DNA of 64,000 nt from assembly GCA_002633005.1 (NCBI GenBank), contig NMRA01000453.1, positions 124,001-188,000 on the forward strand. Reading direction: 5' to 3'. Positions 24,873 to 37,041 of the stretch are shown in pieces. Every line of letters begins with the position of its first letter. Position 1 is the stretch's first letter. A program made the translations under genes and the position numbers. Under the pieces are notes generated by a model that saw only the letters and a program-made list of their open reading frames with translations, searched no databases and had not been told where the DNA came from. Source of the DNA: Phoronis australis (Eukaryota; Animalia; Phoronida).

Positions 24873-27800
24873 ATGTCGAGGCCGGCAATAGTGTTGCACT
24901 GCTCAGAGGAAGACGAACCGAACAAAGGATGGCAGCAGTCAGCTGTCGACATTTTTGAAGAGCAGTTCGACGTGGTTTGGCTGAAAGATGTCATCGCGAA
25001 TCCTGAAATTGGCGTGCGGGTTGTAGCTGCAGCGTACCGTCCACATAACAAGCGGAAAGATGTGCCTCGTATTGAAAACCATCTGGATTTATTACCCAAC
25101 TTGAAGGTAGGCCAACTTCTGCCATGCAAATTAGGTTGCCTATTATCCAACTCGAAGCTAGGCTAATTTAGTGGAGTGTGCCGTTCAGATTCAGTTGACT
25201 GAACTCGGAACAAGATATAGTGATAGTTAAAATGCATAGTCTTGATAGTGAATATGCAAATGGAGCACTAATTTACAAACAACCCCGGGTCCTCCAGTGT
25301 GCTGCAAACCATCTAAGAACCAGCTACCATTACAATCTCGCGAAAGTCTCGTTTTTCGAGACTATTTGTATGTAAACGAGTATGGTTATTTCACCGTTGA
25401 CGAACACCCGGTGCCGGCCACCGACAACTGAGGTCTGGCTACTGGGCCGACTCCTCTCACGGTGACCACAACGAAAGCAATCGTTCTGTAATTTGATTTT
25501 GCCGTCACCTTGGACAATATTCAACATGTCATTTTGGTTCTCTGTTAGTGCAAATTCTCGGTATTAACACAGACCTTTCGCCCTCATTTTTAGGGCGACA
25601 CATTAATCCCTGGGAAACCCCCACAGCATTGGCATTTCCCTAATGAAACAAGGCACAGTTTTTATTATTTGTTGATTTCACTATCAAATAAAGGTTGCGT
25701 AATATTTCGAATTACTAGGGTTTTTTATGTACACACTTGATTTAGGTGTATCAGTTGTGATGTTTTCTTTAAAACCGCAATTTAACTGTAATGTCACTCA
25801 TAAGGTCCAGATTTTTGAGTATTTCACGAGTTCTTGTTTAGTGAATTACGATTAATAAGGTAATTTTGCATCGGCTCTGTGAAATAACTTAAAGGTAATG
25901 TAGGATTCTATCGAAATCAAAATTTGACTAAATTCGGAACATCATGTCTCGGAAATGGCTGCTTATGAAACTTTCAGATACTATGAGATATGTAGTGTTC
26001 TCCAAAAGACTAATACATATTATTTTGAAAAATTTCCACTTTTTGTACGAGGAGCTATTACTGAACTAAAATCAATACTTTTGTAGATATTTCTCTGAAT
26101 GTGAAGACTTATCGATAAGGTCCTGTCTGTTCATCTTCTCGCCAACTATGGCATTGCCGAGTTTTATTTGTTGCAGGTAATTTCAAACTTCGGTGTCGGC
26201 ATGGACCATTTCCTTAAGTTTTACCCTGAGTTGCAGAAGAGGGGTATCCTGGCTACCAATCTGAAAACTCCCGGCGTGTTATACGAAGCAACTGCCGACA
26301 TGGCTCTTTGCCTGATGCTTGCAACAGCTCGCGATTTACGCGGAGGTTTGTTTTTATGCGCCCACATATTTATATGTCCGTCCGGGCGGCGGCCGTCAGG
26401 CGTCCGGCGTCCGGTGTCCGGCGTCCGGCGTCCGCTGCTTTATCTCCAAAACCCTTTGACATACGTTCATGAAATTTGGTACATATGTTCCATTTATGAA
26501 TGGGACGGCATGTGCGAACATTCGGATGGATCCGACTACCGGTGTGCCCCCTAGTGGCAATTTTAGTTTTTTACGCTTACCTTTGTATCTTCAAAAGTCC
26601 TGAACGAATTTTCATGAAATTTGGTATGTAGGCACCTATTAGTGAGATGACGCTATCCTCCCGTTTTCAGATGGATTCGACATAGTTTGCGCCACCTAGT
26701 GGCCATTTTTACTGTTTTCGAGTCTGTATTTTTGCGTCCACTCCTCTATCAACCAAACCGCTCAAAGGATGATTGTGAAAATTGGCGTGTATGTGCTTAC
26801 TATAAGGAAGACAGCTGACAACGATTTTCAGACGATTTGGACTACTGTGGCGCCTCCTAGTGGCAGTTTTGTTTTTTTTTGCGCCTATGGCTGTATCTCC
26901 TAAACCGTTCGCAGGATCTTTACGAAATTTAATAAGTGTATTTATATTATGTTAACAACAGCCGATGACGAATTTTGGACGGATCCGCTTACCAGTGTGC
27001 CCCCTAGTGGCAATTTTATTTTTTTATGTTTACCTCTGTATCTTCACAAGTCCTTCACGGATTTTCATGAAATTTAGTATGTAGGCACCTATTAGTGCGA
27101 TGACGCTATCCTCCCGTTTTCGGATGGATTCGACCTAGTTTGCGACACCCAGTGGCCATTTTTACTGTTTTTGAGTCTGTTTTTTGGCGTCCACCCCTCT
27201 ATCAACCAAACCGCTATAAGTATGATTGTGAAAATTGGCATGTATGTTCTTACTATGAAGAGGACGGTTGACGCTGAATTTCCCATGACTTTGATTACTG
27301 TGGCGCCTCCTAGTGGCAATTTTTCCTCCATGGCTGTATCTCCCAGACCGTTTGCAGGATCTTTACTAAATTTAGCAAGTGTATTGATGTGATGTTTACA
27401 ACGGACGATGACGACTTTAGGATGATTCTGACTACCGGTATGCCTCTAGTGGCAATTTTAGTATTTTACATTGACCTCTGTATTTTCATAGGTCTTCAGG
27501 TGTATACTTTGTGTTACTCCTGACTATGAAGGAAAAGTTCCAAGTAGAAATTTGTTTCTGGCATTCTAATGCTGTGCTAATCTCGTATGTTGGTAAATTT
27601 GTTTTAATTCTATATTTCTGTGGTGCTTTAAGCAACTGATGTATAGGATGTGCTTGTATTATGAAGATCACTCACATTTTGCCCTTAGCCTATTGAGGAG
27701 ACAATGACCATACCTTTCCATTTTGCAAAGTACAACATACTACATATATGCCCTCTACTGGCCACTTTATGGTACCAATAAACAACCCTAGAAGGATACC

Positions 27801-30800
27801 GTATGCGGTGCAATTGTGGGCGCATTTCAACGCTCTGCGTTGCTCTTGTCTTCACATTCTACCGAGTTGACCAGTTTTGAGAGGACAATGAGTTTAGTAT
27901 GCTAGCTGGAGTGATGTTGTTGGCGTGAGCGCTTGTGGGTGCGCGTGCGTGTGTGTGTTTGCTTGTCTGTTTGTTTGTGTTTCTAGAATGACTGGGTACC
28001 GTGACCTATAGCCGATGTATAACAATAATGCGATCAGACTGCTACCGGTGGTGCGAAAATAGAAACGGAGAAAGTATACATTTACAATTATGAGGCAGAG
28101 TGACTGATGAAAAGCAGTAGCAGTACAGCCGCAGTACAATTTTAATTTACGACAATAGTAATAGTGCAAAACCCATTCTGTAGCTAGCATTTTGTATTGT
28201 TTGAAAACAGTCTTTGTACCGCACATGCGCTTATTTAGGACTGTCCGCCTTCTTCCGAAAACAAGTGTTTTTTTCAGAGAAAATTTGTTTAAATGTTTCG
28301 CATTTAGGCGCACTACGCTTCACCTACAAGCGCATAACTTCAAGTGTTTTGTGTGTATTTAGTCCATTCATGGTACTTTTCATACTTAATGTTGAACTTA
28401 ATACGCTGACGTCTGCCAGTTTGTAACAGATAAGTCGCGCACACATTTTTAAAAATTTGCGCCTCGGTTTTACTCTAGTGAATTACAACTTAAGTTTAGG
28501 TGTTTGCGTCAAATTCTGGATATAGGGACAGCTTCACCTACATACACAGGCACGTGGGCGTCAGAATCTGTACGTGGCTTCGTGTACATGTATTTCGTCA
28601 ACGGTGCCGTGACAACTGTCTTATCTCTGAGGTCGTCATATCCCTAGCTTAAACCAAACAAACCCAGTTTAGTCAAGGTCAATATGATGCTGAAAGTCAA
28701 TGTCAATTGTTGATATCAATGAAGTATAGCAATGATGTCCTGAAAAGAAAAGATTTTTGATAATTTTCGTGGAATTCTAATTCATTTTATTTAATCAAGT
28801 AACATTATTTTATAAATCGGCCCTCAAACTTGTAATCAAACGTCCTTGCTGTACGTAATCCAGAGACGGAATTGCTGGCTGTAAAAGTGGCTCGATTATT
28901 AACATTTTGCTTATTGTGACAAGGGTTTTCATTATTGAGGAGTTCGAAGTTCCAGCGGTCACTCAAACGTTAGTCTTGGCGTCTCCAAATCTGCAAACCG
29001 CCAAGTAGCCTTCACGGCGACACAATGTAGAATTCTGGATTCTGAGCTGTGAAGGGTTTTTATAATACAGATTTCTCCCTAATTGAAATACAAAAAATGG
29101 TATTCAGTTCTGACGTTTGATTTGATATACCGGTATCCCCCAAAAGCACCGACGTGAAATTGGCGTACCTTTGTTTTCATCAGTCTACAAAACAACACGA
29201 GTTTCATCAGCAATCGAAAGATGTCACAAAAATTGTCACATTAAAAATCTAAGCGCTCACGAGACGAAAAACCCGCTATTTCTCAGTCTGCATCGAACGA
29301 CACCTTATGCATCAGCGTTAACTTGCGATTGCGTCGATGCCATTAGCTACCGAAGCTGGTATGAACGGTTCATACCTTAGTTAAATCGAAGTGTCTGAAG
29401 GTGTTTGTTCATAGCGGCGACAATATCCCCTTCCACGGTACTGCACGTGTGTTTTAATCATCTTACTGAGATATTCGAAGTGATGGTTTTTTGTAAAACA
29501 GTCCATAAAAGCTAGGAAAAATGTTGCTTTAGAATCCAGGGGGTTTCCAAAACATGAACATCAGATACAGTTAATGAAGTCTACACATGTAGTGCCAAAA
29601 TGTATAACGTCTTGTTTTAGGCATGGAGAACGCAATGGGCCCAACACCAATTGTTGAGGTCCATGATAATCCCACTGTCCATCGTGACGTCAGTTTCGGT
29701 GTTCTGGGAATCTTCGGCATGGGAAATATTGGCTACAAGGTAGCGCAGCGTGCGAAGGGATTTGATATGAAGATATTGTACCACAACAGAACTAGAAGGT
29801 GGGGTGGCGCACTTATGCCGCGAACAGTTTCTATAGCAAGGAATCGCAATAGCGGTTTAGTTTCACACTGGGCGGGAAATAATTATTCCGAATCAATCAC
29901 GTGCAGCACTCCTGGTAGTTGTAGACTTACTCCATTGCCAGATATTTCACGTAGTAGATTTTATTTGATAAAACAGTATTCTCGTTTTTTCTCAGTCTTT
30001 CTTTCGGGAATTTGACGTGAGAGAGGTTATTGCTGACGACTCTTGCACTCACAATACTTAGTGATAGACTGGTGCAGTACATTCTAGCTTATTGAGTTCA
30101 CAGATTATCAGAGTGTCACGCCTTATAACCTTCAGCTGGGATCAACACTTCATCGTACTAGAATTTCGATTCCACTGCTGGAACATAGTTTTTGTTATTT
30201 CCCCACACTTCGTTTCTTCGTTTTTTGAAGATCTTCTTGTGGAATTGTGAATCCAGTGGCGGATTTAGAGGGGGGGGGGGCAAGGGGGCCATGCCCCCCC
30301 TAAAATTCTCCCAGATACCATTTGGCAGTTCGGGGTGCGAATTGCTGACTAGCACTTGTGCGAACCCAGGAGGACAATGCACAATGCATAGGCCTTGAAC
30401 AAACTCCTTTACTATTTTTTAGGAATAAGGTAAAAAAATTCGAGATCCCTGCATCCCTACATTTTAGGCTGGGCGCGCGCATGTACCAAAATTCTGGTTA
30501 TTGCTGTGCCCTGGCCCACCCTAAATCAAAATCCTGAATCCGCCCCTGGAATCGTTTGTAGTTTGAAAGGAAAATTTTCCTACTTTCAATGTGAGCCAAC
30601 ACTGGCCCGTTGTGGACTCAATCGCCGCAGTCGCGCTTTACTGAGTGATTTTAGGGTATGAACATGCCGTAAGCAGACGAACATTATAGCTTGAAACTGT
30701 CAAATGTTTCATTACTGAAAACTTTGTTCTCATCTGTTTTCTGTTTATCTTGTCAACAGTTCCAAATAATATGTGTTTTGAAAATATTCCTGATAGTGAA

Positions 30801-31727
30801 AAATGAGCTGTTTGCAGATCAATTGAGGACGAAAAAGCTGTTGGCGCCACCTATTGTAAAGATCTCTACCAAATGCTGAGGGAGGTTGATTTTCTCGTAA
30901 TCACGTGCCCTCTGACAGAGAGTACTCGGTACAAAATTGGAAAAGACGAGTTTGAGTGTATGAAACCCACAGCTGTTGTGGTGAACGTCGCAAGAGGTAG
31001 GTGTTAAAGCAGGGTTATTCACTCGTGTTATGTCCAGGAATAATATATTTTATACAAACTCCTACAATGTTTAACCTGATTTGGTAAAAAATATAGAAAT
31101 AACTTGCAAGAGATCTCCTACCTGTCTGAGTCGTGATTGTGTGCGCATGTACATAATTATGTGTTGCAAATCCTGCTTCGTAATAAAGCAAAGAAGGTTT
31201 TAAAGCAATGAGCACGTCTACCAGCAGATAAAGGACATCATACATGTACATACAGCCTGTATGGTCACCTAAAAACCGTGTACTAGAATTTGGAAATTTG
31301 AAGGTCGAATTAGAAACCCCGAAGTCAGAAGACGCCGCTTCACTAAAATTGGCCACATGTGGCTTCTCTACATTTTTGGAAAAAACGGTTCATGGAGGCA
31401 GGCAAAAAGGTTTCGTCCATCTATCGGTGCTTTAATGGACTGGGAAAGCAATAATTTGTTTCTTTTGCAGGACCAGTCATCAAAACAGACGACCTCGTAT
31501 CTGCACTGGAGAACAGGAAGCTTCTTGCCGCGGGTCTCGATGTGACTGACCCAGAACCTTTACCGAAAGACCACCCTCTTCTGAAGCTGCCAAATGTGAT
31601 TGTAACGCCTCACGCGGCCAGCAAAACTGTGCAAACCCGTGCTCGCATGGTTAGACTTGTCATGGAGAACGCTTTAGCTATTGTTGAGGGTCGAGCTACT
31701 GAAAATGTATGGCGTCCGTCGAAGTAG
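24873..31727 (+). CDS. D-isomer-specific 2-hydroxyacid dehydrogenase, glyoxylate/hydroxypyruvate reductase-like; 5 exons: 24873-25106, 26177-26345, 29621-29798, 30818-30996, 31471-31727 (338 aa)
   Basis: All four introns are GT-AG with matching phases (0,1,2,1); motifs [33 protein letters not shown] (Rossmann), VVVNVARG (Arg), GLDVTDPEP (Glu), VTPHAAS (His). Orthology to GRHPR itself is not established. Confidence 0.92.
26351..27849 (+). mobile_element. HINE / DINE-1-like element, family A, complete copy in intron 2 of the dehydrogenase gene
   Basis: 5' subTIR atgcgcccaca (26356), GTCC/GGCGTCC microsatellite, internal tandem core repeats, 3' subTIR tgtgggcgcat (27815-27825), hairpin 27828-27842; inserted in a T-rich site with no TSD. 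Confidence 0.88.
30254..30548. mobile_element. hAT-like MITE with 5-bp TSD in intron 3 of the dehydrogenase gene
   Basis: TIR CAGTGGCGGATT / AATCCGCCCCTG; GAATC on both sides (30249-30253, 30549-30553). Confidence 0.8.
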
Positions 31728-33764
31728 AACTTCTTAAGCAACTTCCCGAAATGTGCTGAACATTGATGGTGTTCTCAATTGGTTGCTACTTGGCGATAAG
31801 TTAGAGTGGTCTAAATGGATATGAACTAGATTGAATGATGTTTGAAGGATACTCTCTACTAGAACAAAATGGAACATTCAATCGCAAACATCTGCAGTCT
31901 GCCATTTTTGTGAATGTAAACAGGTTTGGTTGAACACCAGTGCGTTTGTAAAATTATAAAAGTTTAATCCAGGATTTCTCCTGCCTCTAAATAATATAAA
32001 GTTTCCTGCAGTCGCTGTCTCCAAGAGATCGTTGATTTCATTTGAAGATAAAACGTTTGTCGTACTTGTCACACACTCTGTCGAAGTCATATTAAACAAC
32101 CAAAATTTATTACGATGGTCAGATACTGATATAAATTACCATATATTATATTGAAATGATTAGAATTATTACAGAAATCACAAATGCGAAATTTGCTCTC
32201 TTGCAAAAGCTATGTCATAGAGGACTTTTCAAAGTGGCGTTCTCTGGAGTCAAAGAGAGCGAGAAAGTGACTTCCGCTTGATCCTGACTCAGATTTGGTG
32301 AATAGAAATACAAATAGTCGTTCTTTAAAAACAGAGAAGCCACTGTCACCCATCCCACTGTTTGATTTGGTTAAGTTCACTAACTTATTTTAGTTTTTTG
32401 GCATCATGAATTTCTACCGCATTGTCAGTCACAGCCACCGACCTTGCAGCCACAGTGGGAAATGCAGGGGACGTGATGTCCTTTATGGATATTTCAATAA
32501 GTTAGGGCCGTTTCGGATTACAATGCGATCTTTCCGGAGATAAGAAAGCGCGTGGCCTCGTTTTGGAAATCAGGCACATTTTTGTGTCTCTCAGTGGTGT
32601 TGAGAAGGCGAAGAACTGCACATCACCATTGACGTCCACGGGTATCTGTCCAGTTTATAAAACTTTCTCACATCGGAGTTGCAGCCCACGGCGGCACAGC
32701 AGTAATACTTCGCTGACTGGAAGGACGAATAGAGTAATGAAACCTGGGAAAAACTTGTAGAGAATCAGACAACAAGAGATAACATGTGGAACTTCAATGG
32801 CACGAAAACGAGGCTGCAAATGTGCCTGACGTATGTTTACGGCATTGTGGGTAGTAAATGCGGCAAGATTCGGGTGTCGTTGTGTAGTTTGAGGCTTTCT
32901 TATTGGCTAATGCTGTTGTTTACAACGCCCTCCACTGCTCAACATATGTGTCAATTTAATTCATGTAAAATTTGGATTTTTACAGAAAGTCGGCAACGGA
33001 ACTTAAAACGCGGGAACTTTGTAAACAAATACGTAAAACGTACCGAGAGTGGCGTACATGTAGATGAAGTAATATCCCACGAGACATTATTCCGCGTATC
33101 GACCGAGACCAAAGGCGACCGAGAACGGAAGTCGAGGTGACATACCGCGAATAATACGCTTAGAAGGAATTCACGCATTTCTAAAGATATGCGTGAGTTT
33201 TCACCGCTCGTCCCGCTGCGCCGGAGTCAGGTACAGTTGTGATGACCGCATTGCCGATGCCAGCAAGACCCAACTAAGTGTAATTACCCGACCATAAACT
33301 GTATTAAACATCTCTGACTGTACAAAATGGCGAATTTTCAGAATGCATTAACCACTAATTTTCGTTAAAAACAACACCACGGCGGTATTCTGTTGGAAAA
33401 AAGCAACTAAGTACGGTTTTCGATTTTTAAAAATCGATAAACTAATAATCTAAAAACTCCAACCATTGGGTACGATTGGAGATAAACTACCACGCGTATT
33501 GATATACTCGGTGGACATACAAACGCTGATCAGAGTTAACAATATCACATGGATTCATTTTTTATATTCTTTCAACCTCGTTTGACCAGGTTTTTGACCA
33601 GGAAACAGTTGTACTTAACTTGTGCCCACTTTTCATTTTTTATTAATGGCAAACAGTTAGAACAGTTATATAGTCAGTGCCACCGAAATTGTCCAGAGAT
33701 TCCAAACTTTCAGTTTGATTATCATCATATTTGCAAACAAGGGGCATTAAAAAATAAATAACAA

Positions 33765-34410
33765 AAACCAATATGAAACATATCGGGAAGTGGCCAAGAT
33801 AAACACAAGTTAATCTTTTTAGTCATTTTGTAATAATTATAATGTACCAAGTTAAAACTACTCTCGAGAGTTGCAAGCTATAACTATGCAAATGTCAGAG
33901 AAAACCAAATTGGGGGTACTAACAACAACCATTGTTGAGGCTGTCTTCAGTGTGGTTATCACCATATTTGAACTTTTGTATATATTTTATGATTTGAGTT
34001 CTAATGAAGATTAAACTTTAATGAAATGTTTAGCGTACCTGTAATGTGGAAAGTTCAGGGGTGGGCTCACAATGAACTTAATTAATTAAGTTTTTGAATT
34101 CGCTGGCGATCAAAATCTACCACTGTTTTGGTACTTCAAGTTTAAAACTTAGATAAAAAGTTATCAACCAGTTCCCGGTAAAAAAACAAGTTGGCAGAAG
34201 CATTAAAAATTAAATAAAGAAAACCAATATGAAACATATCGTTCTATTGGAAGTGGCCCTTTTTGAAAATAAACACAAGTTAACATTTTTAGTCATTTTG
34301 TAATATTTATAATGTACCAAGTTAAAACTACTCTCCAGAGTTGCAGGCTGTAACTCTGCAAATGTCAGAGGAAACCAAATAGGGGGTTCTAACAATAAGC
34401 ATTGTTGAGA
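33765..34410 (+). repeat. Diverged direct duplication, ~180 bp (33765-33940 and 34220-34410)
   Basis: aaaccaatatgaaacatatc...ttttagtcattttgtaat...aatgtaccaagttaaaactactctc...aaatgtcagag...ttgttgag occurs twice. Confidence 0.8.
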
Positions 34411-34803
34411 CAGTAATGCTGGATATTACCTTTCCACTCCATTAGCTCAGATCTACTTCAATACAAAGGGCTTGTTGAATAGGCATCGTAAAAGTTGTGT
34501 GGGGCTAAGGGAATCAGCAGTGACCAGTCTAAGCGAGAAATTCTCACATGGATACGTGGAATATTGTCGAGTAGGATATTACCTCATCTACGCCAGTCGA
34601 GGTACGTTTTTATCCCATACGCGTTGAATCTGTCGAGGGAAATACGGCCATGTAATAATGCTTTCCGCATTCACCTCCCGCACTACTTTAACAGTGTCCT
34701 CTGGCATGGAAAGTTTTAAAGGTAGGTCAATGTCGACTCTACGTCGTTAGCTGATTCGATTGTCAAACTTTCCAAATATATTTTAAAGTAGTACAACTAC
34801 AGG

Positions 34804-34871
34804 AGAATTAATAACGCTCAACACGCAACCAGGTCTCAGAATTAATAACGCTCAACACGCAACCAGGTCTC
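34804..34871 (+). repeat. Perfect 34-bp tandem duplication
   Basis: agaattaataacgctcaacacgcaaccaggtctc x2. Confidence 0.9.
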
Positions 34872-36170
34872 ATACGTAACATCTGGAACAAAACTTTTAA
34901 TTATTATATGACATTTCTGTCTCAGTTTTCGATTGCTAAATATTATATCGTCAGCAACTCAGGCGCCAATTCCTTGGTAACTATTTTTAGGAAATGTTAC
35001 AAGCTCAACACACAATTACCGTTTTTGTCTTTGTTATCTCTTTTCACTTAAATCGTTACATTTAAAACTGATTCTTTTACTGCTGAAAACTTGTGACCTA
35101 ACGCGCAAGTTCATACATATAGGATGTGATCCGCCACCTGAACAGTCTGGGTGAAGTATTTAATAGTCTGCTGAAAAAATGAAAGAAACTTAAGAATTCG
35201 AAGCGTGTGTGTTAAATACATGCACAAAACGTACCTACACTCCCTTTGTATTGAAGTAGATTTGAGCTAATGAAGTGGAACTGTAATAGCTAGCATTACT
35301 GTCTCAACAATGTAAATGCCAACATGAAGCACGATATGTATTTTTGTAAACGAAACAGTCTTTCTGGGTTCCGCAACTCATTTTTCGTTTTATAAATAAT
35401 ATATGCTCCACAAAACTGAATTTGTGACTAAAAGTTGACGCTGAATGGGTTTTAAGATGAAATTCTCGGAATAAACTCCATACTATCAGTACTCTTTGCA
35501 CCATAAGTTGTAACAACAAATAAATGCCCATTGGCGTTTACTCGGTATAATTTTCTGAATAAACGCTCATGGGCGTGTCATGGGGGGCTTATCTACGGAA
35601 AATTCCGTTATCCAGCGCAAAATAAACTTCCAAAAGTGTTAAATTATTTGTCTAATTAACCTCACTTGCTGAACCTCCAGACAGACCACCTTCCACAAAA
35701 TCTTTCTGGGAACTGATTTACTGCGCCAAACTGGAATGTGATCACTCCTACACATTCTTGGGTAATTTATTTATTTATGAACTTGTGTAAGATCACATTT
35801 TAATCGCTTTAGGCTGTTTTCTAGGGAGTTCAAAATCAAGTAAAATCAAGTCTAAAACCAAAGCCGCTAAGCAAGTGTCTGTGTTCTCTGGCTCTGTGGA
35901 GTGATTACGTAACACCTCACTGAACTAAATGTTACTGTTCTGGGTATTCTAACCAGCTGTGCAGCGCCTACATCTACCCTATCGCCATCTATCGACAAGG
36001 CCTATTTCATCATGATGTTGTTGCGTCGGAAAATAACTATTACATCAGTGCCACGAAGGATGGTTGCGTCACGATCACAACGGAGAGATCTACACTGAAT
36101 TCGAATAACGTGACATTAATTATTAGAGGGTGACAGTTGATAAGTAATTTGTGCTACACCGTGACACAAG

Positions 36171-36839
36171 GTAAGGTTCTGTTAGGATTGTAATTATGTG
36201 ACAAAAAACAAGTTTTAGAACTTATATTAAGCGAAACCAGTTCTTATAAGGAAATAGTTCCACATAGTTGGTAGCTGACCGAAAACATTTCTTTGATTTC
36301 CGAAAATACACAACAGAGCACCAGTGAATTCATTCATGTGTTACTCGAAATTAATGTTCAGTGCTCGCGGGGTAAGGGGTGGAACATTGAATACATGTAC
36401 TACACTAACTGTATCCATGATAGTCAATATATTCAAGCGGATATATACCAGCCTTCCATCACAAAATCAACTTTTAATTAAGTTTCTTGTCATTAACAAT
36501 TTAAAAGTGCTTTCAATTTGTAGTTTAGAATCGAATTGCTCCTGAAGATTATTCAAGAGCTTCGACAGATCTTACAGTTCGTTCCCCTGGTTGAGATCAA
36601 GTTAACAAATTGTCACGGCGTGTCATTTTATGCCGGGAGCAACTCCCAATGAGGAATGACAAAGCATCAATTCTTTAGAAACCTAGAAACCCTACTTGTC
36701 CGCAGTTTTAACTTTGACGAACCGTTTTAATGAAGAACAGCGTTAAATATATTTGCATTTTGTATTACAGTGTATGTATACCCTTCACTGAACGAGTATT
36801 TTACAACGATTACTAACATTGCTGTCTTTGCCGTTGCAG
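36171..36839 (+). other. Probable 5'-UTR intron of the Kv channel gene
   Basis: AAG|GTAAGG donor at 36171; TACTAAC branch point at 36811-36817; pyrimidine tract and TTGCAG acceptor at 36839, ~200 nt upstream of the ATG. Confidence 0.55.
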
Positions 36840-37041
36840 GCGTAAGAAGGCGTGCGTTCAGTAGACGCTAGGACCTACGCTAGTACCTAGCTAAAATCTA
36901 GTCAAAGTCACGTGTTCTTATTTAAAATACAAGGCAATATCTCACGTAATCTCGCGAAGTCTTGCTTTTTAGCGAGGTCCTAGCGTTACTGACCGGGAGG
37001 CAGGTTTTTCGTCCAAATCCGGAACCGGATCAGGAAACATC

